Origin: a virus
Lineage: Duplodnaviria > Heunggongvirae > Uroviricota > Caudoviricetes
Strand: one strand, 5' to 3'
IMG/VR virus record: IMGVR_UViG_3300012346_000380
Span: 1 to 64,000 of that record
Length of the DNA stretch: 64,000 nucleotides
The position numbers and the translations under genes were made by a program. The first letter of the stretch is position 1; each line of letters begins with the position of its first letter. This document shows positions 55,500-64,000 of the stretch, piece by piece. Below the pieces are notes generated by a model. That model made no database searches. It was not told the origin of the DNA and was given only the letters and a program-made list of their open reading frames with translations.

Positions 55500-56117
55500 T
55501 TATATATTCATATTTCTATAGTACTCTGTGAAAAGTCTCTTGATTTTCCACGGACTAGCACCATTTAACTTTATAAAATCGCATAAAGCTATTTTAGCCC
55601 AGCTCTCATAAGATACCACAGCTTGATTCTTTTTAAGATGTGTTTTATATCTTCTTATGGCAAATCCAAAGCCATATTTGTCTAAATATCTCTTAACAAC
55701 TTCATAGTTTAAAGATCTTAATGGACTTTGTAAACTAGCATTGTCTTTTTTAATACCTGTTTTTTGAGCAGCTATTTGAGAGTGGTACATCTTATAGAAA
55801 TTATCTAAGAATTCTTCTTTGAATTTAACTGGTAATAAATTTAGGTTAATACCGCACTCTGTTGTTTTGTCAATTGGCAAAAGAGCTAGAACGACCGGAT
55901 TCATATCCCACCATTCTAAAGTTTCTTTTGTTAATGGATTGACATAATCGAATACATAAATTTTACCTGGTTCAAATGGTTTAACAATACGCTCAACCGA
56001 TTTATCTTTTCTACTCTTAAGAGCATCTGAAAACCATTTCTCAGAAACATTTCGAGCTTCTTTTTTGCTCTTGTTTTCTTTGATCATTTTCAATATTTCT
56101 TTCTTAACGTAATCCAT
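55500..56117 (-). CDS. hypothetical protein
   Basis: ORF track. Confidence 0.5.
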   Translation of the reverse strand: MDYVKKEILKMIKENKSKKEARNVSEKWFSDALKSRKDKSVERIVKPFEPGKIYVFDYVNPLTKETLEWWDMNPVVLALLPIDKTTECGINLNLLPVKFKEEFLDNFYKMYHSQIAAQKTGIKKDNASLQSPLRSLNYEVVKRYLDKYGFGFAIRRYKTHLKKNQAVVSYESWAKIALCDFIKLNGASPWKIKRLFTEYYRNMNI

Positions 56118-56589
56118 TAATTGAGTCTTCTGTTAAAACTATAAAATTCCAGTTTCTATTTTTACAATATTCTTTTGCAAACGTATATTTGTCTAAATTC
56201 TTAATATACTGTTCTGCTAAAAATTGATATGAACTTAAAGCTTTTTTAGAAGCTTTTTTCGGGGGCTCTGGTTTTATCAATTGTTGTTTTGGTTTGATTT
56301 CTACTAGAAATTCTTTAAGATTATTATCTTCTTGAAGAACTTTCATATAGAAGTCTGGATAATATATATGCTTTTTATTATCCACTCTAGATATGTATTC
56401 TATTTGGACCGGCTCGCTGGACCACATCATAACTTTGTCATTGTTATCACACCACATCATAAACTTTCTTTCCCATGAAGATCTGTATATGATTGGAGTA
56501 GGACCAACGTACTTAGTTGGATCATTAGGTATATAGTAACCTTGATTGAATCCTGACTTTTTTGTAGGTCTTACGTTTTTTATTGACAT
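56104..56589 (-). CDS. hypothetical protein
   Basis: ORF track. Confidence 0.5.
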   Translation of the reverse strand: MSIKNVRPTKKSGFNQGYYIPNDPTKYVGPTPIIYRSSWERKFMMWCDNNDKVMMWSSEPVQIEYISRVDNKKHIYYPDFYMKVLQEDNNLKEFLVEIKPKQQLIKPEPPKKASKKALSSYQFLAEQYIKNLDKYTFAKEYCKNRNWNFIVLTEDSINGLR

Positions 56590-56591
56590 TG

Positions 56592-57044
56592 TTATATTGT
56601 GTAAATTCCACCCATATCGCTGTCTTCTCCGTTGTGAGAATTAGCTTTATTTAATGAGATAGTACCTTTGTATTTTTCTGGGTGAATTGCATTCCAACCT
56701 TTAGCATAACCTCTTTTAGCGATTTCTGTAAAGTATGCAAATGCATTAGTGTATTTAGGATTAAAGCCTTTCCAATACTTTAACAAATCCAAAATAGCGA
56801 ATGATAGACAATCTTCTCTGTCTTTTTCATCAACATATTTCATTCTGTTAATTGCTTTTTCCGCCAAAAGAATAAGCATTTTTTCTGCTTCTTTAGTTAG
56901 CTTTTCCTGCTCTTTTGAAATTACGATTTGATCGTATAAATCCCTATTATTTAAATAGTTTTTCTTTCTGGCCGTTTTCTTAACCGGCGTTGTGGTTTCA
57001 ACAACTGCGGGTTTTTGTTCTGTAATGTTTGTGTTTGTTGCCAA
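56592..57044 (-). CDS. hypothetical protein; possible gp55-like late-transcription sigma factor
   Basis: 150 aa. KNYLNNRDLYDQIVISKEQEKLTKEAEKMLILLAEKAINRMKY loosely resembles the N-terminal region of T4 gp55-type late sigma factors. Weak. Confidence 0.35.
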   Translation of the reverse strand: MATNTNITEQKPAVVETTTPVKKTARKKNYLNNRDLYDQIVISKEQEKLTKEAEKMLILLAEKAINRMKYVDEKDREDCLSFAILDLLKYWKGFNPKYTNAFAYFTEIAKRGYAKGWNAIHPEKYKGTISLNKANSHNGEDSDMGGIYTI

Positions 57045-57145
57045 TGTATGTCTGTTTTTAGTTTATTATACGTAAATATTCAATTTTGTTTATAAACTAA
57101 AAAGGGGACGCAATAGCGACCCCTTTTAAATATTTGTATGAAATG
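57045..57145 (-). promoter_or_regulatory. terminator (GGGGACGC-aata-GCGACCCC at about 57099-57123) plus a TACGTAAATATTC promoter-like box
   Basis: A hairpin with one mismatch and AAAAA on the plus side (T-run in minus sense) lies downstream of gene 57146..57907. A variant of the conserved box lies upstream of 56592..57044. Confidence 0.45.
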
Positions 57146-57907
57146 TTATGCTTGTAATTCAGCGATCTTAGCTTCGAATGATTTAATTTCAGATAAAAGA
57201 AAGTTATTAGCTTCTTTAATTTCTGGTAAATTTCTATCAGCTTCAGCTAATACGTTTCTTTGATCTTTTAAGAAAGCAATAGTTTCTTGAAATTCATTAA
57301 TTTGTGCTTGTACGTTAGCTAAACTAGATGCTTCACCTTCTAAAGATTCAATTAAGAATTCAGATGCATCTTGTCCTGTTTGTTCTTTAACATATTCTAA
57401 AGCTTCATTTGCATTTTTAGCTTCGAAGAATTTGTAGATGTGATTTCCTTTGTTGTTTCTAGAAACATAAAGTTTTTCATCAGCTTTGATTAAATCAACT
57501 GTAATGTTATTTCCTTCAAAACATGCAACCATATCTAAAACGATAAATGATTCTAACATTGCTGGAATAGCTTCGAACAATTCAGCTGTTTTTAAGTTTT
57601 CATATCTAATTGCACCACCTGCAAAAATATGCTTAGAGAAACTTTCAGATACAATTTCTGAATTACCCCACGTAAATTTGTTTTCTGCAATGTTATAGTT
57701 AAATCTAGAAGTACCTAAATACCACCTAACATTGTTTTCGCTAAATTCAAAAGTTTCAAAAGCTGCGATTGCTGCGTTTAAATTAGCATTGTTTGAAGTT
57801 TCTACTAAAGAAACTGAGTCACCTGACATTTCAAAAATTCTACCATTTAAATAAAATGTAGCAGAAGTCTCTGATTGTACTAAAGGAGCAAGAATATTTG
57901 TTCTCAT
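57146..57907 (-). CDS. hypothetical protein
   Basis: ORF track. Confidence 0.5.
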   Translation of the reverse strand: MRTNILAPLVQSETSATFYLNGRIFEMSGDSVSLVETSNNANLNAAIAAFETFEFSENNVRWYLGTSRFNYNIAENKFTWGNSEIVSESFSKHIFAGGAIRYENLKTAELFEAIPAMLESFIVLDMVACFEGNNITVDLIKADEKLYVSRNNKGNHIYKFFEAKNANEALEYVKEQTGQDASEFLIESLEGEASSLANVQAQINEFQETIAFLKDQRNVLAEADRNLPEIKEANNFLLSEIKSFEAKIAELQA

Positions 57908-57947
57908 TTTTTGTTAATTTTTTTATCTTTTATTATATATCCTAATA

Positions 57948-58748
57948 TTATATGTCATTTTTATCTATAATATTCACGTCGTCTGTATTAGACCCTCGCG
58001 TAAAACTTTCAATTTTTTGATCTGTTACAGTCGATAGTATTTCAAACATTCTATTACCTGAATGTATCTCTGTATCAAATTCAAATGCTGGTATAAATGA
58101 ATTTACTTCAACCGAGAATGTAATTTTGTATTTATCTTTATCTTCAAATGTAAATTCTAATGGTCTTTCGTTTTCATAATCATCTGGCATGGCATAATAT
58201 GAAGCTATTCTATAAGTACCTTCATTTAAGTGGCCAACGTCAACGTTAAAATAATTAGATTTATAAAGTCTCTTAATAATCATTTCGGTGATTTTTAAGG
58301 AATCTAATTGTGAACCTACTAAAATCTCAATTGAAAAGCCAAGAGTTACTGGAATCATTGTAAATTCAGCATTGTAACCTTCCATGGCGCCTTCGCTATT
58401 TAATTTAGTATAAGATCCTCTAACGCCTTTATTAACTAATTTACTTGAATCTATAGCTAAAGATGTTAAATTAGCAACACCTCTTGGTATAGAATCATAA
58501 TTACCATCTGCAAACATTTTATCTGGTACACAATCTAAACCATCTGGCGTAGTAAACAAGAAATTATCTCTTAAGAATTGATCATCTCCTGTAATTGAAT
58601 AATAAAATGGAACATCTACGACTACTCTAGTATCATTGTCCTTTTGTCTGTAAAAGTAAATTTTATTATTAAGGTCTGAAATTAGGCCTATAATAATATG
58701 TCTTACTACAGAATCGTCTGCATTATATTTTGAATTGTACGTTGACAT
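57948..58748 (-). CDS. hypothetical protein
   Basis: ORF track. Confidence 0.5.
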   Translation of the reverse strand: MSTYNSKYNADDSVVRHIIIGLISDLNNKIYFYRQKDNDTRVVVDVPFYYSITGDDQFLRDNFLFTTPDGLDCVPDKMFADGNYDSIPRGVANLTSLAIDSSKLVNKGVRGSYTKLNSEGAMEGYNAEFTMIPVTLGFSIEILVGSQLDSLKITEMIIKRLYKSNYFNVDVGHLNEGTYRIASYYAMPDDYENERPLEFTFEDKDKYKITFSVEVNSFIPAFEFDTEIHSGNRMFEILSTVTDQKIESFTRGSNTDDVNIIDKNDI

Positions 58749-58762
58749 TAATTTATATATTT

Positions 58763-60436
58763 TTATTCAATTGCCTCTATTTCAAACTTAGAGAAGCCGT
58801 TTTCTTTAAATATGTGTAATTTTTTATCAAAGATCTCGTGCGGTAGCGGAGTATGATTGATTACAAATGTATTTATCTTGCTTTCTTTTATAACCTGGCT
58901 CAATATCTTTAAGATGTTGTAAATACCATCTTGGTCAACTGAACTTAATAATTCGTCTAAGAATAATAGGTTTAACTGTGGAAATCTTAATTTAAGAATT
59001 TTGATGATTGAAATAATGATAACAAAATCTGCCTTCTTACGTTCTCCCGTTGATAAAGTCATTGCATTAATCTCTTGACCTAAATGCGTTATAACGCAAT
59101 CAAACTTCTCGTTGAATTTTAGTTGAAAGCTTAAGTGCATCGTTTGACTTAAAGCTGCAATATTTGCATTTAATCCTGGTAAAATAGTTTTAATAGCTAA
59201 ATTTTTAACTCCACCTTCACCTAAGATTTCTTCAACAGCTTCTAAGAATATGTAATCAACATTGGTCTTGTCTTTATTAATTGCTTTCTCAGCTTCTTTT
59301 TTCTCAAAGTCTTCAATGATTTGTTTTAAATGATCAAATTGGCCATTATTGTCAATAGATTCTTTAATACTTAACAATTCATTTTTAAAGTTTCTGATAT
59401 TAGTGTTTAACATAGAAACCTTTTCTAAGACTTGAGTTTCTTTGGTTTTTAATGCAGTAATTTCAGACGCAAGATCTCTAATTTCAGTTTCACAAGAAGA
59501 TAAAACAGTTGGCATACCTTCGCATTTATGCTCCATTTCATTTTTTCTATCTGTGTGAAAATCGCCAGTTAAAGGTGCTTCACAAGTTGGACATGCATTC
59601 TTTTCATAAAGAGCTAATTTCTTTTTAAGCTCATCATGCTCATGCTTTAACTTACTGTATTCTGATTTTTTAGTATCTAAATCTTTTGCTTGTTTGCCTA
59701 GTGTTTCTTTTATTTTATCTCTAGCTTCTTCTAACTTCTTTTTATTATCGTCAAATTGAATTAGTTTTTCTTTTAATTCTTTGATTTTTTCTTTGTTCTT
59801 AGTTTTAGATTCCGCCAATAATTGGTTTAATTTCATTTGAACAGATGTCATGTTTTCATTAATCTGTTTTAATTCTCTATCAAATGAATCTAAATCAATC
59901 TTAAGATTTCTACGCTCTTCTTTAATAGACTTAGCCATGTCATTTAAAATAGAGAAACCAAACAATCTATCGATGATTTGCTTCTTGTCATTATTAGACA
60001 TGGTTAAAAATGACTTAAAGTCATTAACTGATAGAATAATAATGTTTTTAAACACATGATAAGGAATGCCGTATACTTCTTCTTCTAAATATTCTTGAAC
60101 TGATTTTTTACCGGCTTTATCGAATTCAATGCCATTAAGCATTACTTTAAAATGATTAGGCGCAAGTCCTCGCTCGATATCAACTTCAATATTTTTACAT
60201 TGAACCTTTAACTTTACCATTAAGCTTTTATTAATTCTATTAGGTAAGTCTTGTAATTTTACACCTTCTAATTTTCCATATAGTCCAAACACAATGGCAT
60301 TAGCGATAGTAGTTTTACCATCGCCATTTTTACCAGTTGTTAAAAACAATTCTGCTTTATCATCTTCAAAGCTTAAAGTTTGAGCTTTATTACCGTAAGA
60401 TGCAAAGTTTTTAAATTCAATAGATTTTATTCTCAT
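58763..60436 (-). CDS. SbcC/Rad50-like recombination ATPase (T4 gp46-like)
   Basis: Walker A GKNGDGKTTIANAI. Long central coiled-coil with a CPTCEAP zinc hook. C-terminal signature/Walker B region LLFLDELLSSVD. Confidence 0.7.
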   Translation of the reverse strand: MRIKSIEFKNFASYGNKAQTLSFEDDKAELFLTTGKNGDGKTTIANAIVFGLYGKLEGVKLQDLPNRINKSLMVKLKVQCKNIEVDIERGLAPNHFKVMLNGIEFDKAGKKSVQEYLEEEVYGIPYHVFKNIIILSVNDFKSFLTMSNNDKKQIIDRLFGFSILNDMAKSIKEERRNLKIDLDSFDRELKQINENMTSVQMKLNQLLAESKTKNKEKIKELKEKLIQFDDNKKKLEEARDKIKETLGKQAKDLDTKKSEYSKLKHEHDELKKKLALYEKNACPTCEAPLTGDFHTDRKNEMEHKCEGMPTVLSSCETEIRDLASEITALKTKETQVLEKVSMLNTNIRNFKNELLSIKESIDNNGQFDHLKQIIEDFEKKEAEKAINKDKTNVDYIFLEAVEEILGEGGVKNLAIKTILPGLNANIAALSQTMHLSFQLKFNEKFDCVITHLGQEINAMTLSTGERKKADFVIIISIIKILKLRFPQLNLLFLDELLSSVDQDGIYNILKILSQVIKESKINTFVINHTPLPHEIFDKKLHIFKENGFSKFEIEAIE

Positions 60437-61548
60437 ATATCAAGATCGTAGTTGTATGCGCTTCTATCGTGTAGTTGTTTTAATGTTTGTTTAAGCTTTT
60501 GTTTCACATCATCGCCGTGGTGTGTGCCATCAACATACATATTACATAAGTGCAAAATGTTGTAATTTTTGTAAAGATCTTCTATTTGATCCATGTCGTA
60601 CAAATCTTTGTCTAATAAATCATCATCTTCATAGATGTTTGGTTCTATTTTTCTAGATATTTTTTGTACTCTATTGATTAATTTAGAAAGAGCGCTTGAT
60701 GTTGCAATTTTAGATGGAACATAAAGGTCTACAAAGTTATTTTCAATTTGTTTTTTAAATTCACCTAATTGAACCATATAAAGACTCTTTAGATTGAATT
60801 TTAAAAACTTAGGTGATCTATCATTTTGAAAGAAAGTTTCTTCCATAGTTTCTAAATCTACTAAGTCAAATCCTTTAGCGTTACCAGAGTCTGATCTAGT
60901 TAGCTCATAAGGAGTTCCTACTAATCTAAGTTTACCTTTAGTTTGTCTATAATGAATGTGACCCGAGTAAACTGCATCAAATCCTTTATATGATTCGCTA
61001 TCTGTTCCGTGTAAGTTTCTAACTTTATTATTTAAAGCTACACCTGCAACTTCAGAGTGACAGAAAACTATATTTGTTTTTGGAAACTTAAGTAGAGTTT
61101 CAATCTCATGATCTTCATCTCTTCTCCATGGCATCATTAAAATTTCTTTACCATTCCAATTTAATGCCTTTGGTTTTTTATAGATGTTAACATTAGGGAT
61201 CCATTTTAAAGTATCAATTGAAGTAACTTCGTTTGATTTTTTAGCCCAAATATCATGATTTCCACAAATAACGTGTGTTGGTAGTATCTTGCCAAGTCTC
61301 TCGAACAGCTCTATCGCATAATGTAATACTTTAAGATTTATGCTTTGTCTGTTATCAAAGACATCACCAACCTGTACTAAAACATCACCGGGTTTAACAT
61401 GCTCTTTTAATGTAGGAATAAATACGTTTTCGAAAAAATCTTGTTGAATTTCAAGCCATTCGATCGAATTAGACCTAACGCCAAAGTGCAGATCCCCAAG
61501 GACCCACACTCTTTTGACTGGTTGATTTGTTTTTTTATCTTCTATCAT
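60433..61548 (-). CDS. SbcD/Mre11-like nuclease (T4 gp47-like)
   Basis: Calcineurin-like motifs VLGDLHFG, QVGDVFDN, CGNHD and GHIH. Confidence 0.7.
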   Translation of the reverse strand: MIEDKKTNQPVKRVWVLGDLHFGVRSNSIEWLEIQQDFFENVFIPTLKEHVKPGDVLVQVGDVFDNRQSINLKVLHYAIELFERLGKILPTHVICGNHDIWAKKSNEVTSIDTLKWIPNVNIYKKPKALNWNGKEILMMPWRRDEDHEIETLLKFPKTNIVFCHSEVAGVALNNKVRNLHGTDSESYKGFDAVYSGHIHYRQTKGKLRLVGTPYELTRSDSGNAKGFDLVDLETMEETFFQNDRSPKFLKFNLKSLYMVQLGEFKKQIENNFVDLYVPSKIATSSALSKLINRVQKISRKIEPNIYEDDDLLDKDLYDMDQIEDLYKNYNILHLCNMYVDGTHHGDDVKQKLKQTLKQLHDRSAYNYDLDI

Positions 61549-62013
61549 CTAAAATAAACGATTTATCTTTTTCTTCTTTAAAATTTTAGTTCTAATGTCT
61601 AACTCTTGGATTAGCTCTTCTTTGAATTTATTGCTTAAAGAAGCATAAAATTTGGTTGGATTGATATTGAAATAATCTGAAGTTTCAGAAAATAATTCTA
61701 TCTGTGAGTATTTTAAATTTAATTCAGAGACAATAAATTCATAGATCTCATTGATGTCCATCTTTTTAAGCTTTTTAGCTTGAGACAAATCATCTAAGTC
61801 ATTAAATGATCTAAATCTAGATTTATCTATTAGACCATGAATATCACGTCTAATCATCTCTAATTGAATTTTATCTTCTTCATCTCGATCATCGCTATAT
61901 TGTGGTGAGATTTGAAATGAAATACTTGAGTCTAATTGAAAATCTTGTTCTTCAAACGTATTATCAAATATTTTATCTCTTTTAATCGGATTGGGTGTTG
62001 GAGTTTGTTCCAT
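61549..62013 (-). CDS. hypothetical acidic protein
   Basis: ORF track. Confidence 0.45.
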   Translation of the reverse strand: MEQTPTPNPIKRDKIFDNTFEEQDFQLDSSISFQISPQYSDDRDEEDKIQLEMIRRDIHGLIDKSRFRSFNDLDDLSQAKKLKKMDINEIYEFIVSELNLKYSQIELFSETSDYFNINPTKFYASLSNKFKEELIQELDIRTKILKKKKINRLF

Positions 62014-62017
62014 TGTT

Positions 62018-63325
62018 TTATATTGAATGTATGTTTGAATTTGAAATATCGTCGGTCTCTGTTAATCTCATGTATTGATAATTAATAGCTAATTTACATT
62101 TGACTCCTCGGCCTTCACCATCTCTGATCTTTAAAATCTTTAACCAGTATTCATAACTGGCTCTCATTATATCGTCTTGAATAATACCTAACATGACGTC
62201 TGCCGTGTGTGAAAGACCTGCAGATTCTGCAACGTCTGTCATAGATATATCACTTGAATTGTAACCTGAACGTGTAATCTGTGTGGCTGTTACAATTAAC
62301 CATTTGTTTCTAACTCCCATGGCTCTTAAATCTTCAGCAATTTGCTTGATCTTTAAATATGTGTTTTCAGAGTTTGGATTTCTATAGTTTGACAAGATGT
62401 TAATATAGTCGATAACTACTACACCTAATTTAATTTTACGTTCTTCTTCGATTTGTTTTAAATAAGCTTCGATATCTGGTACTGTAGCTTGAGAAGTTGG
62501 AAATTGCTTAACAAATAATTGACCAGGTGGAGTCAAACCATCGCCTACCGTTTCTAACTTTCTTCTAAGATAATCTACGTTTTTAGCTTTGTCGTCATAT
62601 TCAGTCATTGGTATAGAAAGAACATTAGATCCAATACGCTTCATAAATTTATGAGCTGACATCTCTGCTGTAATTACTGCAGTGTTAACACCCATTTTTA
62701 CAAAGTTAGAAGCGTCATTAGCTAAATAGATTGACTTACCAATATTTTGTTCACCTACGTAAACAACTAAAGTACCATCTTTGTCATAACCACCGCCTAA
62801 AGCTCTATCTAAGAAATTATAACCTGTTGAGAATTTTGTAACACCTTCTTGAAAGTGATCTGTTGGATTAAAGAAATCTAAACCTAAATCTGAATTAAAG
62901 GTAAGTGAATTTCTATCATTGATTAAACCTTTAACCTTTGAGATAATATCATCAACGTTATCAGGATTAATCTGTGTTGTTTTGACGTACTCAATGGTGT
63001 CAATCAATGTCGTATCAAAGTTTCTCCACTTGATCCATGATTCAGCAGTAGAATTCATCCACTCTTCATCATATTGTGTAAGATCTGAAGAGTAAATAAT
63101 GTCTATTAAATCTTCATCAACTTCTTTTTTACCTCGTTGAATTAACAATTTCATTTGCTCTTTTGATGGAGACTCATGAAACTTCTCATAAAACTTAGTA
63201 GCTAAATAGTGCATTGCATCTATTTCTTCACTTGTATAAAAGCCTTTTTTAATGGCTTCTAAATATTTAGGTTTTTGTAATGAAAGCTTAAAAAATACTT
63301 TCTCGAAATCTTGTCCGAACTTCAT
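62018..63325 (-). CDS. DnaB-family replicative DNA helicase (T4 gp41-like)
   Basis: Walker A VGEQNIGKSIYLAN. Walker B VVVIDYINIL is of the DnaB hallmark IDYLQL type. The C-terminal part is RecA-fold. Confidence 0.6.
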   Translation of the reverse strand: MKFGQDFEKVFFKLSLQKPKYLEAIKKGFYTSEEIDAMHYLATKFYEKFHESPSKEQMKLLIQRGKKEVDEDLIDIIYSSDLTQYDEEWMNSTAESWIKWRNFDTTLIDTIEYVKTTQINPDNVDDIISKVKGLINDRNSLTFNSDLGLDFFNPTDHFQEGVTKFSTGYNFLDRALGGGYDKDGTLVVYVGEQNIGKSIYLANDASNFVKMGVNTAVITAEMSAHKFMKRIGSNVLSIPMTEYDDKAKNVDYLRRKLETVGDGLTPPGQLFVKQFPTSQATVPDIEAYLKQIEEERKIKLGVVVIDYINILSNYRNPNSENTYLKIKQIAEDLRAMGVRNKWLIVTATQITRSGYNSSDISMTDVAESAGLSHTADVMLGIIQDDIMRASYEYWLKILKIRDGEGRGVKCKLAINYQYMRLTETDDISNSNIHSI

Positions 63326-63639
63326 TATGAAAATGGGTTTAAAATTATTCTATAAGCTTCTTTGTCTTCTGTTTCATTGGTGCATTCTAATAGACCAAGT
63401 TCTAATCCTCTTTTCAAAGCATTGTCTATATTTTCTACAGGCGCAGTTGGGAATTCATAAGTCACAAGAGCATATTTGGTAAATGTACCTTTGTATCTTT
63501 CAGGATTCTTTTTAACCTTTAAAAGATATTGATAAACTATATCAAATGCATCTGGGTATGTTTCGAATTCATTCTCAATACCCAAGATGTATTTAATTGG
63601 TAATTTATCTTCAACTAGTTCTTGTAATTCTGTACTCAT
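63325..63639 (-). CDS. hypothetical protein
   Basis: ORF track. Confidence 0.45.
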   Translation of the reverse strand: MSTELQELVEDKLPIKYILGIENEFETYPDAFDIVYQYLLKVKKNPERYKGTFTKYALVTYEFPTAPVENIDNALKRGLELGLLECTNETEDKEAYRIILNPFS

Positions 63640-63640
63640 A

Positions 63641-64000
63641 TTAATCTTCGTCTATAATATCATCAATTGTAAATCCAGTAGTATCTGAATTGTAATTAAA
63701 AATAGGTTGGATGTGTGCATCGATTTGCTTTAAAACATCTTCAGTAAACATTTTTTCACTAAAGAATTCTGCATTAGAAACTGTAGTATCTAAGTGTTTT
63801 GCAATCCATGTTCTAGCACTGTCTTTTGGAATCTTTTCTTTGGTTTTAGGATCGATTGTTCCTCTTGTAATTCCACAAATATCCCAAGTTGCATATTGCT
63901 CTAAACCAACATATCTGTTCATACCTTTACTGAAATCCAAATGGAATTTAACAGGATGTGGTTTTGCAAATCTATTTTTAGCTGGTTTTGCAGTTACAAT
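63641..64000 (-). CDS. hypothetical protein, partial (5' end beyond the window end)
   Basis: The frame of track ORF 63641..63940 (TTG start) stays open upstream to position 64000 (..IVTAKPAKNRFAKPHPVKFHLDFSKGMNRY..). Confidence 0.45.
   Translation of the reverse strand: MVTAKPAKNRFAKPHPVKFHLDFSKGMNRYVGLEQYATWDICGITRGTIDPKTKEKIPKDSARTWIAKHLDTTVSNAEFFSEKMFTEDVLKQIDAHIQPIFNYNSDTTGFTIDDIIDED

Noticed and set aside
1-64000. CRISPR arrays, IS elements/transposases, integrases, att-like direct repeats
   Set aside because: No regularly spaced direct repeats, no transposase or integrase-like ORFs, and no flanking host-like genes were seen. The window looks like contiguous phage DNA with no integration signals.

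Overview
This window reads as a contiguous piece of an AT-rich phage genome (GC looks close to 30% by eye), not a bacterial chromosome. With one exception (47637..48143, +) every gene is on the minus strand, tightly packed, often with ATGA or short overlaps and no Shine-Dalgarno sequences. Intergenic spacers carry a recurring promoter/leader element and T-run hairpin terminators, which fits a Bacteroidetes-type host such as Flavobacteriia. Recognisable T4-like core genes are present: gp23-like major capsid protein, gp20-like portal, gp21-like prohead protease/scaffold, gp17-like large terminase (SRQMGKT), tail sheath, tail tube, tape measure, Mre11/Rad50 (gp46/47-like), DnaB/gp41-like helicase, gp44-like clamp loader and a FLAP/RNase H 5' nuclease. 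Alongside the structural and replication genes there is an unusually rich set of RNA-related accessory functions. (1) Four tRNA genes (Arg-TCT, Thr-TGT, Leu-TAA, Ser-TGA). (2) An RNA-repair cassette next to the tRNAs: two RNA ligases, a polynucleotide kinase and a metallophosphatase. Elsewhere there is a CCA-adding-type nucleotidyltransferase, a DEDDh exonuclease and a HAD phosphatase. (3) A Ro60/TROVE-vWA-like protein followed by a GC-elevated ORF-free segment that I propose encodes a Y-RNA-like ncRNA. (4) A 1 kb ORF-free, GC-elevated region with two tRNA-like modules (perfect T-arms, shared acceptor) that lack a canonical anticodon arm. Other notable items are a lipoprotein with a CxxCH heme-c motif, a partial thyA, an ECF-type sigma factor, an Fpg/Nei glycosylase, a secreted DRGH-type nuclease and an SPFH lipoprotein. 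Immediately downstream of the tape measure lies a 2OG-Fe(II) oxygenase plus five DxD-motif glycosyltransferase-like genes, arranged as a tandemly duplicated two-gene module. All calls rest on motif-level reading of the translations. No database searches were run.
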